A stretch of DNA of 64,000 nucleotides, taken from the NCBI RefSeq assembly GCF_006345805.1, contig NC_043010.1:4154001-4218000 (forward strand). The letters run 5' to 3'. The notes under the pieces were generated by a model that saw nothing but the letters and a program-made list of their open reading frames with translations, searched no databases and was not told the DNA's origin. The position numbers and the translations under genes are program-made. This document shows, one piece after another, positions 52,314 to 64,000 of the stretch; position 1 is the first letter of the stretch, and each line of letters opens with the position of its first letter. The stretch comes from Octopus sinensis. Taxonomy: Eukaryota.

Positions 52314-54151
52314 TGCATGTGTTTTCACATTGTTTGCACTACTTTGACTGTGGAATATTCCGTACGTCATGTTTATGGCATTTTGCAGAAGTTCAATCTA
52401 TGGAGACAGGAAATAAATTACATTACTTGAAAAGAAGTAAGTGGTGCCATCGAATTGGGCAACTGCTTATAAAATACTGCCTCAAAAAGTCAAATCCATC
52501 TCATGTCAGCATGGAAATAGTGGACATAAAATAATAATACTGATGCGTATTATGTATAACTCATTTGTTTCTTATTATGGCTTGGGGTGGATGTGTTGTC
52601 AGCAGCCATGTATTTTCTTTCTGGGAGTATTTATGGAATGCTGTTCATATGTGTCATTTTGGCTTGGTTTTTATGGCTGGATGCTTTTCCTATTGCTAAC
52701 TATCATATGGTGTGTACTGGTTGCATTTTCTTGAGGCACCAGTGATAGGGAGCTTGATATGTCCTTTGTGAGGTAATAATAAATGAACCTCAGAACACTG
52801 CCTTCTCTGCTCATTTGCCATCCATTATTTCACTGGATATATTTTCATGGTACCAACAGTAGGGAAGTTGTCATGTTCTTGGTGAGAAAGGACTAAATCT
52901 ACTTTTAAGGTTACTTTATCTTTGCTTTCTCACCAATTATTCTAGGAGGTGTGCAGAGAAAGAGAGAGAGAGAGGAGAGGGGAAGAAGAGAGAGAGAGTG
53001 GGCTTGTGAGTCTAGAAGGGCTTTCCAGTGTGGTACCAATGTATAAGGTATGCATGTGGCAAGATGTACTGTCATTCAGGTAATATGATTGAGGAGAGTA
53101 ACAGCAGAAGGCCAGAATAGGTAGATGAAAGGAGCTAGAATAGGATGGTAGAAATAGTTAAACACACACACACATGAAACATGTATATGTACATGATACA
53201 TGTATATATTATGAGAGCAGTTTCATTGAAAGCAGTAGTTTTAGCAATATGTATAATTTATGAAATCAATTATTATTCTAATGAACAAGTAAACACATCA
53301 ACTCTTCTAAGAGAATTTAGATGGAATCTGTCATATTTTTCTGAGTAGTTATCACTATATGTCATCCACGCTCATTAAAAGAGGTGAAAATGTTGTGTAA
53401 TAACAAGTTCAATACCAATATAAACATTCAAACAAAGTTATGATTATCTGGAAATATATCTTAAAATCAAAAAAAAAAAAATTAAAAAAATAAAGAAAAG
53501 ACAGGTGAACCAACAGGTGCAATCTTACTTTGATAATTATGTAAGTTTTGTGTTTTAACCATTATAGAAATATTTATTGGCAACTTCCTTAAATTTACCC
53601 TGCAATTCTATTTGTTTAAAGACACATTATGTGAAGCATTGTGAAACCTCTATCTTTCTAGATCATTAAACAATATAAAATACATTATAAAAGTTTCAGA
53701 TGGAAAAGTCAGCATTTCAAATAGTCATTTATCTTATTCCTAAACAAGAAATGATATACCATTTCCACTTGAATAATTCCTTAGATAGAGGCAATTCTTT
53801 TTAAAGTCTGTTGTCTTTTCAGTATTGGTAGCACATCATAGATTTCATTAAAAATTTTTTTTTTTACTTTTCCATATAAACTTGCAATATTTTTTTTCTG
53901 TGTGCAAGTTGAATGAACAAAAAGATGAAGTAAAAAAAAAAAAAATTTAGATGCTGAAGAGGACATTTCTTTTCTTCTTTTTTTTTTTTTCAAACAATAG
54001 TTTATCATTCAGTTTTCTTTTGCAAATTCTAAGGATTTCATTCCAACTGATTCTTTTTTTAAAAATATTAAAAATATGTTTACATATAGGTATACCATAT
54101 ACGTGTACACAAACACACACACATATACACACATATGTAAATTTCCACTGG

Positions 54152-54249
54152 GAAAAGGTTGACAGTAACTTCGAAGTGCTAGTTTGCTGATTGTTATCAG
54201 TCTGATGACAACTAGTAAGCTGAAATATTGAAGTCACTGACAACTTTTC
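54152..54249. other. Imperfect ~98-bp palindrome/hairpin containing a hammerhead-like motif (54196-54240)
   Basis: Ungapped self-pairing centred at 54201; the + arm reads ucagu-CUGAUGA-...-GAAA-uauugaag-U-C-acuga. Confidence 0.65.
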
Positions 54250-54386
54250 ATTGTAAAAATGAATATATATATAACACTTTACTAAACAGTAATGAAGGAT
54301 CTTTCAATTTGATAATCTTACATGAAATCCAATACTATTCTATGAATACATATATGCATATTATGTAGGTGAGTATATATATATAA

Positions 54387-54442
<56 letters not shown>

Positions 54443-54745
54443 TATATATGTATATATATATGTATGTATGTATGTAAGTATGTATGTATGTATGTATGTA
54501 TGTATGTATGTATGTATGTATGTATGTATAAAGATAGTTATGGCTGGTTTATAGGATTACCCAGGGTTTTGCATCCATAGAGCGCTAGCTTTACATACAT
54601 CTCATCAGGCCCTAATGGCTGTTGACCGATAACCTATATATAAATAGGTTTGATATATATATATATATATTCAGGTTTGATATATATATATATTTATATA
54701 TAGATATAGATATATATTTAGGTTTGATATACATATATATTTTTT

Positions 54746-54840
54746 GGGCCTGGTGCAGCCTTCTGGCTTTCCAGACCCCAGTTGAACCGTCCAACCCATG
54801 CTAGCATGGAGAGCGCACGCTAAATGATGATGATGATGAT
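54746..54840 (+). mobile_element. Retroposon family D 3' fragment with (TGA)n tail
   Basis: Reverse complement of 21646-21740. Confidence 0.75.
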
Positions 54841-54863
54841 AATGATAGATATATATTTAGGTT

Positions 54864-54915
<52 letters not shown>

Positions 54916-55023
54916 ATCACGTGACCGACCAGACCATCAGATGTTGTTACACATCGTTGGTCACAATGTGTTTGCATTGTTTTAGCTTCGAATGACGCCA
55001 CCCACATATATACACATTTTATT

Positions 55024-55073
55024 AGAGTTTGATAGGTGCCATTGCACGAAACTCTCAGAACTTGAGTCACTCT
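55024..55073 (+). ncRNA. Type-I hammerhead with three complete stems and variant core UUGAUAG
   Basis: agagu-UUGAUAG-gugc(cauu)gcac-GAAA-CUC(ucagaacuu)GAG-U-C-acucu. Confidence 0.65.
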
Positions 55074-56299
55074 GTTATTTCTGCTAAATATATGTATATA
55101 TATATAAAATGTTGATCATTAGAGTGAGGGATCAAATATGACTACTGCTGGTTGATGAGCTGCAAAGAGAATATTATTCTTTTAGCCAAGCTTATCTTTT
55201 GTAGCTTTTATTACAATTATTGTCATTGTGTACTGACATCTGTTCTTTTAGTTCATTTCTAATTATTACATACATCACAGGTGTATATTCTTTCACCTGG
55301 CAGAAATTCATTAATCTGCTTTGCTAATAGGGAATAGAAAACTTGAAATTTAGTGCTTTATTCTAGGGAGCAAAATGATGATATAGAATATATTCCCCTC
55401 ATCTGCCACAAAGATGCATTATGCTTTATATGCAATGTGAAATTGCAAAACAATTTGCTACAGAAAGAAACTGTTATCTTTTCACAAAGTTCAAATCCAA
55501 AACATCATAGAAATTTGTCTGTCTATTGAAGATGAACACTTTACATTGAAGACTTCTTCAACTTTACTCAATCCTAATGTAAAATATCAGAGATCAAAGA
55601 AGTTACAAAGATAAAGCTGCCTGCCAGGAAACCTGCTATCAACACCTATGATCAATGGCCTTTAAACTTACAAATACCAGGCCCTCTCTACCAAAATATT
55701 AGGGAAATTTTTTGTTTCCTCTCTCTTTATTAATGAGAAGGTAAACTGAGTCGACTTCCAAATGATTGAACTTTCTTAGCCATGATGTTGGATAAGTTTA
55801 AAAAGTTTCAAACAATCATAACTATTTAACATGGAAGAGTGTGGCCCTTTTCCAATCCTCACAGCCATAGTCTAGGAACGCTTCAAACCTTTCTACTACA
55901 AGAAACACTGACAGAGAGAGATGGCAAATGACAGATTACTTCTGTAAAATATAAACTACAACCAATCGAAAATTACAACTATGCTGCTATAAAATGTACA
56001 AGATGTATTGTTGAATGAGATCTGCACTTTCATACAAACTGCATGCGTTCCCTCTAAGACTGATGCCAATGCATATTGGACATGTTTATGAAACAAGCAC
56101 CCAAAAGCTGCAATGAGAATTGTCCTAACTGAATGACTGCATATTTTTATCAATTTCACCAAACAATGAAATAGTGAAATAGTTTATTCAGCTGATCTTT
56201 GATTTAAAATTTCCAGTGAAATTGTTATATACACACTCATGCATATATGTGTATATAGATTATTATGCACATATTTAGCTTTGCCTGAGTTAAAACACA

Positions 56300-57350
56300 T
56301 TTTCCCATCCAACAGGAGTTGATAAGCTGATATTCTTATAGGTGTGTGTGTGTTATATGTGCATGTACAATTAACCAAGTTCATTCCAACACTCTTCCTG
56401 CACACTTCACATGGGTACTTTCTTGACCTCTCCACATTCTCTACTATTTGCCATCACCTTCATGATTTTTGCATCTATGCATTCCTTTTGCCTACTCCTC
56501 TTCTTTTTCAATCTGTTCATACTTTCTGTTATTATCACTACATCATCTGTGTCCAACAACTTCCATGGAAACTTTATTCTATGCTTGAGCCAGCATCTCC
56601 ATCAAAACTAGAAATAGTAGTGGGTTTAATACTGATCCTTGACACACTCCGACCTTTCTCTCTTACTCATCACTGTTCTTTCATTCATTCTTATGGGTGT
56701 GTTTATCAACCATTTAAAGAGGACTATTAATTGATATGGCAGCTACATTAAAATTTATATAGAGTGAGCTGTAGGTAGAGTGAATATTGAGCCAGATGTT
56801 GGAAATAGCCTGAAGACAGGAAAAACAACTTATAACGTGGGAGACATTTTGAATGAAGAAGGTAAATCGGACTCAGAGGCAATGGCTAGTTTAAGATGCA
56901 GATGGAAGAAGTTGTGGGAGTTGAGTTGTGTGTTAATGAAAAAGAAAGTGGTACTGAAAGAGAAAAGGAGGGTGTACGCTGCATGTATAAGCGCCATATT
57001 ATAGGAGAGTAAGACATGGATACTGAATATGAAACAATAAAAAGGGTTGGGAAGAATAACATGAGAATAGTTTGGTGTTTCTACTAGACTACGGGTTTTC
57101 TTTTACCATCAATCTATAGATCTCTGTCATCAGTCTCTGTCATCACTTCAACTTCTGGCTACATTTAATGTATATCTCACAACCTGTGTCACAAACCACC
57201 TCCTTCTCTTCTTGTATTGCTTCCTCAACTTCTCTCTTTCTTCGCTGGTTCTAGAACTAAACTGTTCTGTGTTGCCATCCCATTCAGTTTCCACATTTAG
57301 TAACCTCTTAATGTATCTCTTCCACTTTCCCCTTAATCATTCTAACACTA
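56300..57350. mobile_element. Scrambled RTE-X-like LINE fragments in both orientations
   Basis: Minus: KYPCEVCRKSVG. Plus: GDILNEEG..LRCRWKKLWEL..KEKRRVYAACISAIL*ESKTW. Minus: WKRYIKRLLNVETEWDG. Confidence 0.6.
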
Positions 57351-57731
57351 TAATAATTTGTTCCACTTCAACCTTTACAATTACTCTTGTGACATCACAT
57401 CTCGTTTTTTATTAATTGTTTTCTACTTTTAAACGCCCATGCTGGACCCTCCCCACTGTCACTCCTTTCAGTCTTCACTACCTGGTCGGTATTTCATCAA
57501 TTAAGTTTCCCTCTTACTTTCACACTCCAATCACTGATAACTAAATGGTACAGTATAATAACCTCCACCATATACTGTACCATTATACTGGGATTACCAT
57601 ACACACATGCACACACACATTATATATATTATACATACATTTTGTCTGTCCTTGTTTGTCCCCTCTGTGTTTAGCCCCTTGTGGGTAGTAAAGAAATATA
57701 TATATTATACATACACACATGCATGCTCACA

Positions 57732-57774
<43 letters not shown>

Positions 57775-57899
57775 CCAGGTAAAAGGAGAGACTAAGTTCC
57801 TGGAGACTACTAAGCAACTGAGAAAATGAAGAAGGCAGAAAAGATACATATGTAAATATATTTATATTATACATAAATACATGTGTGTGTATGTGTGCA

Positions 57900-57944
<45 letters not shown>

Positions 57945-58591
57945 ACACACCACACACACACACACATACACAAACGCACATTCACATGTATATATACATA
58001 TATTTCTTAGAATTAATTAGTCAAAAATACCAGCATGCAAAGTTTATAACACATTAATAACCATCAATCATTTATCAGTATTAAAAATATTCTAAATCAA
58101 TACCTCAACATTTTAAAATTGATTTTGTAAAACTAAAAACCTTTCCCTAACTTGTCTGATGATAAGAACTAGAATTAATAAATAAATAAATAAAAATAAT
58201 AACAGGCAAAAATCCACATCATTTGAATCACTACGACATATCTGGACAAGTAATTAAAACGATCAAGTTCATTCTTGAAGACTTGATATTCTGCCAATTT
58301 TACATCTAGGCAGGATATTCTTTCTTTTATTGATTTCTTTTTTCAGGATGCCAAGTGAATGGTGTCAATGTTTTGACTGCTACAGTCACATAATCTATAT
58401 TCTTAGTGAACTATTAGTAACTAGATAAAAATAATACCAAGAAAATCTTTGGTCATAAAAACAGCTTTTCAAATTCAAAGAGAACATAGAGCAAAAGAAG
58501 TTATTTTAACTTAACAGAAATGGCAGACAGAATATTGAGTGAAATATAAAACTGAAACTATAGAAAAAAAAAAGAAATGTTTTAAACTTAC

Positions 58592-60970
58592 CTGGTGTGA
58601 TCTCTGTGCCATGGTGTAGGTGTGCTTCACTGATGACAGTCCTTTCAGACTATGAACTGATTTGTATTCAGATTCTGGTTCCCTTTTTAATAAGTTTGCT
58701 TGAGAATGTCTACTGTTGCCATGTTCTGTTACCATTGCAACAGGAACATCATACTGAATTCTTTCATCAAAGAGCTTATTGGGATTGTTTAAACCTCCAT
58801 TAAATCTGCTGTTCCTTTGGTTGTTTTTATGAATCATACATACTGCCATAGAAATCACAATTGCAACTGATATAATCACAGCTGCTACAACGATGATAAC
58901 CACCAGGTTAATATGTATCTTGTGGTCAGATTTTATATCAACAGATGTAAACATCTTAGATGTTGTATTACTGACTGTTAATGCCACAGAGAGAATAGTT
59001 TTTGCAGACAAAACAGGAGTTCCACTGTCTTTGACTATTAACTGAAGATCATATGACCCAGCATCGTTTTGATAAACTGTACGTGAATACGATATCACAC
59101 CTGTATAAGGGTTGATTGTAAAGAGCTGCTTGTTGTTGCCTCCTTCTATTTCATATTTCAAGAAAGCATTGACATGACTGTCTCTGTCAGAAGCTCTCAA
59201 TACTGTCACCTCGTTGTTACTTTGAGGTTGGTAGTGAACATCCAGGCTAAAAGGGTTGACACTTGGAAAGGTAAAATAGGGAGCATTGTCATTTTTATCC
59301 ATAACTTCCACAATGATATTAGCTGTGTTGTTGAGAGATGGTATCCCGTTGTCTCTTATTAAAACTTGGAACTTATAAACATCTCTTTGTTCCCGGTCTA
59401 ATGATTCTGAAGTTGAAATAAATCCAAAATTAGAAATTTCAAAAGGAAGATTATGAATTCCTTTACTTAAGAGAAAATATGAAAGTTGACCTCCAGCTCC
59501 TAAGTCTGGGTCGGAGGCATTAATAAAACCAACTGGAAAATTTGATTTCTCGTTTTCATATGTGAGAAATTTGAATGTATCTTTTGTGAATTGTGGCTGT
59601 ACATCATTGACATCAGTCACTTGAATATTGAACTTTCTTTCAGTTCTGAGAGGTGGCGATCCTTTGTCCTGACAACTAATCATAAAATCAATATAGCTCT
59701 CTGATTCCCTGTCTACAGGGTTTTTTAAAACAACTTTGTATTTTTTTCTTCCAAGCTTTTGAAGCTGTAGTTTATCATGGTTGAGATCACATACCACTTC
59801 TCCATTTTGATTGACATCATTGTCACTTACTTTCACATAAGCAATAAAACTATTGGTTTTGACACCTTCAGAAATTGTTGTTATATTGCCTATTGGCTCA
59901 GAGACAAACTTGACATCAAGAATTGGGGCATTATTTTCTCTGTTTATTATATTCACAAGAACCATTGCAGTAGAACTCAAGGGTGGACTTCCTTTATCAA
60001 TGGCATCAATAAATAATTTGAATGTTTTTCTTTTTATTGATGGAAAATTTCTAGCTAAGAAAATCTTGCCTGATGTTTCATTTAAGTAAAATAATGTTTT
60101 TGCAAAATCGGAAGTTTTTGAACTGAAATAGTATGAAACTTTTCCATTTTCACCCGAATCTAAATCTGTAGCATATACTGTAACAATTGGTGTGTATATG
60201 TCTTGTCTGTTGTTAATGGAGACATTATAAACGTTTTTGGAGAAAACTGGTTGATTGTCATTCTCATCAGTGACAGATACATGAATGGTTAAAATACCCT
60301 GGTGTGATGGAGAGCCACCATCTTTAGCAATCACCTGAAGTGTATAAGTGGAATTTATCTCTCGGTCAAGTTTCTTTTCTAAAACTATTCTTAGTTTTCT
60401 GGTACCATCTATCTTTTTGATGACTGACAGCGTAAATGGATCATTAATATCTTTCTTCAGTTGGTATGTAATTTGAGAATTTAGAAATCCAACATCATTG
60501 TCAATAGCATTTGGAATAGATTTTGTTGTTCCACTGCTATCAGTTTCATAGAACTGAATATAGACATCTTTGCTTATAAATTCTGGCTGGTGATCGTTAA
60601 CATCATCAATAATAACTTTTACTTCAATGACCTTCACAAAAGATTCTTTATGCCGAACAGCTACTTCCACTATTTTGAAACATTCTGTGTTGTATTTACA
60701 AAGTGACTCAGCGTCAAGCGTTTGAGAGGTATACATCATTCCATTTTTGCCAACCTTAAACATTGGAGCATTTCCACTGAGACTCTCATGGAGTCTGCTG
60801 AATGTAATCCTATTTAAGTCTTCAGCATTGAAGCTGTTGTAGAGATGTGCATCAGAAGCTATGTTTCCTACCAGGGTATTAGGATTCTGACCCTCTTTCA
60901 CATGGTAGGTAATGTCTATACATACTGATGTATTCAACATGATCACTAGTAAAAATAGTGTTATTGACAT
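58592..60970 (-). CDS. PCDH: Protocadherin large coding exon (793 codons): signal peptide, EC1-EC6, TM (~aa 689-713), partial cytoplasmic tail
   Basis: Uninterrupted ORF with cadherin motifs DVNDHQP, LDRE, DENDNQP, DVNDVQP, DKNDNAP and AxDxD; EC1 C-X5-C loop (CKYNTEC); hydrophobic TM. Strong phase-0 donor CAG|GTAAGT at 58592/58591 and upstream acceptor ATCTTCCATTTTCAG| at ~61053. Confidence 0.95.
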
Positions 60971-61549
60971 GTCTTGAATGTCAAAGTGTCAAAGAAAGAG
61001 TTTGGATCCAAAAAAAAAAAAAAGTGAATCAGACAAAATATTTCAAAGCAATCTGAAAATGGAAGATAGATAATTTAATTGTGAAAAAATGTCGAGATTA
61101 CATTGATTGTTACATATTTTGTTTCAAAATATATTTCAAGTTACATTTTAGAATCAATATAAAATCTTTCCTGTATATAAAATGAATTGTGAATATAAAG
61201 AAATTATTACTACCAAACTAAAAAAAGAAAGAAAGAAAACAATAATCCAAGCAGTTTTATTAACTTCGAGGAAAAAATATTTCAAATGAAAATAGATTAA
61301 AAGGAAAGTTATACAAAGAGAAATAAAGGAAGCAACAACGGTCATAAAACTAAATAATATAGGCACACTAAATATATATGAAAATAAAAATGAGAGAAAC
61401 ACATAGTGATAGATCAAAAGGGGAAAAATAGGAAAGAGGAAACATACACTTATAAGAATGATAATGGCCAAGATATCTACATAAAGTGAGAAAAAAGTCT
61501 CTTGTGAAGTCAATACAAAAGTACATATTTGCCTAGATGTCTAATGGAT

Positions 61550-61776
61550 TGCTGCCATAGAAATTTGCTGAGTGGCTTTGCTGTCAGAGAAAAACGGGAA
61601 AAGATAGCATTATTAGCTACTGAGATATATGAGGAAGAAAGAGGTATTTCCAAATCCTTCTGGGTCGAAAATGGCGAAGTTAGTGTGGAAGAAAATTGCA
61701 TATTTTTGTATGCATCAAAAGAACTCTCGCAGGGACAGTAGGTTGCCAAGGAGACATGATAGGCTGTCAAGGAGAC
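61550..61776 (-). promoter_or_regulatory. Putative protocadherin promoter region with RFX X-box-like and YY1-like motifs
   Basis: GTTGCCAAGGAGAC (61742-61755), a degenerate copy GCTGTCAAGGAGAC (61763-61776), GCTGCCATAGAAAT (61551-61564) and AAAATGGCG (61668-61676), in a repeat-free, locally GC-richer patch 0.6-0.8 kb upstream of the ATG. Confidence 0.4.
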
Positions 61777-62035
61777 AGTAATAAAATTGCTGTAAATGTC
61801 TGTAATAAAATTGCTTTTTTTCTCTCATTTATATTTGTGGATCTTTTATTTCATTTGCTAACACAGCACACATAGAGCCTCCTACAGGTTCTTTCAGATC
61901 TAGTTTAATAAAACTCTTTGGCAGGTAGTTTTCCTACTTATTGTTTACATTTGAATGTTTTGCAGCACATCAGAGGCAAATACATTAAGAATTTATATAT
62001 ATAATATGTGTGTGTGTATAGAGTTACATAGGGAC

Positions 62036-62088
<53 letters not shown>

Positions 62089-63165
62089 CATATATATATA
62101 TGAAAAAGGTCTTCTTTTCAAATGTTGTACTGAAAGTAACGACTGTGTTCAAGTTTTACCTTTCCTAATACATATTGTATTTCATATTGCCCTATTAGTT
62201 CTCTATGCTTATTTTTTATATACTACAACTATTCTTTAGAGAAGATTCTAGTGACCAATATAATTGGCGAAGGTTCAATCAATGGCACAACTAAACACCA
62301 TATTAATCTTAAGCAAAGCTTTTTGTGTCATCATTAATCGATGACTCAAGTTTTTGTTTTCTTTCTGCTTATGTGTTCGTTGTATTTTTTTTTTTTTTTT
62401 ACTTTATGTTTTATTTTGAGCTTGATCACATTGATTAGTTCTTATGTTGACGGTGGTGATCTGAAGATAAGACAATATTTGGACAAAACTAATGTGTCCT
62501 ATTTAAATATTTACAAAGTGTTTCTAAACAATAATAAAGATAATTATAATTTCTCTTTGTTCCTCTGCTGCTCTTGTGATATATGCTGAACACATATACA
62601 TATGTGTGTATATGTGTGTATACATGTATGTGTGCATCCGTGTGTATATATCTGTAAATAATATATAATATATATATATATACATGCACACATTCACACA
62701 TACATATATGCATACATACATACATACATACATACATACATACATACATACATACATACATACATACTTACATACACACATACACACATATATATATACA
62801 CATATATGCACACACACATACAGACACACAATTCTGTGCGTTTGTATGTGTGAAATCACACACATATAATCTCATGCATATATATCTTTATATACACACA
62901 ATTCAGTTGCTAATTGATTTCTGGTTGGCCACAACAATGTTTAAAGATAACCTTTTCACCTATTAATTATTTAATTGAAAGAAAAGAAAAGAAAGCTAAC
63001 AAAGATTAAACAAATAAGCAAACAAAACTGTTTCCCAAATTTTTATGATTAACTTCTGAAAAGTTAATTAATGTGTGTGTTTATATATATGTGTGTGTGT
63101 GTGTGTGAGTGTGTATGAGTGTGTGTGTGTTTGTGTATGTATTTATATATATATATATATATATT

Positions 63166-63196
<31 letters not shown>

Positions 63197-63207
63197 GTTT
63201 GTGTATG

Positions 63208-63263
<56 letters not shown>

Positions 63264-63917
63264 TATGTACACATATATGTATAGCTATATGTACACGTGT
63301 ATGTGTATATCTATATATATATATGTATGTATATAATGTATCTATTTTACTATATACATACATGCATACATACATACATCCATACATACATACATATATG
63401 TATATATATATGCACACACAAGCAAATGCATACACACACACACACATAACTTAGTGAATACAAGTAGTGTGACTAGAAAAAACTGATAGAAACAGTAAAC
63501 TTGTCTAATGTGTATTGCCTGTGATGGGTTATAAAGAACAGGTTTAGCCTCACATTTGAGAGACAGAGAAAGAGAGGAAGAGAGAGAGGGAGAAAGGAGA
63601 GGGTATGAGGGAAGTGCAATGTTGTACTTGATATACTCTATGAACACCAACTAGTTATAGAAAGGATAGGCACCTTTTGCAAAGATGAAACAAACCAAAA
63701 CAATTATAAATAAATAAAATGATAACAAAAAACAATCAAAAGCAAGGAAAGTATTCATATGACATTATTAAGATAGGTGAAGAAACAAACTGACATTTAT
63801 AAAAAATACTCCAGCAGGAATACAAGAAAAGATAGCAAGACAAGTAAAAGTGAAAGTAATAATAAAAAATAATATGAGAACACTAACAGTACATACATTC
63901 ATACTCTCAAGTGCATG

Positions 63918-63988
<71 letters not shown>

Positions 63989-64000
63989 TATATTTATATG

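Noticed and set aside
55800-55955. Minus-strand acceptor-like TTTATATTTTACAG near 55942 as the next PCDH exon
   Set aside because: It gives AAG TAA immediately in phase 0, and such acceptors are common in AT-rich DNA; unsupported without transcripts.
58511-58591. Last 26 codons of the 819-aa ORF (VSLKHFFFF...)
   Set aside because: They begin at a consensus GTAAGT donor and are T-rich, so most likely intron read-through.
58597-60089. Short plus-strand ORFs overlapping the protocadherin
   Set aside because: Antisense shadows with no recognisable motifs.

Overview
AT-rich, microsatellite-dense animal DNA. The SINE repertoire and protocadherin type suggest an octopus-like cephalopod (inference). 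The only convincing host gene is a minus-strand protocadherin. Its single large exon (ATG 60970, phase-0 GT donor after 58592) encodes a signal peptide, 6 cadherin repeats, a TM helix and the start of the cytoplasmic tail, with RFX/YY1-like motifs upstream. The other ~58 kb is intron or intergenic DNA holding tRNA-derived SINEs, decayed RTE LINEs, piggyBac/mariner/hAT MITEs, two non-autonomous Helitrons, a Penelope-like GIY-YIG fragment and a tRNA-Leu pseudogene. The most unusual signal is about a dozen minimal type-I hammerhead ribozyme motifs from several short-element families. They include non-canonical cores (CUGUAGA, CCGAUGA, CCGACGA, UUGAAAA, UUGAUAG) and three head-to-head palindromic arrangements, often next to (TA)n/(AAT)n tracts. 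All structures and alignments were read by eye; no folding or database search was run, and repeat boundaries are approximate.
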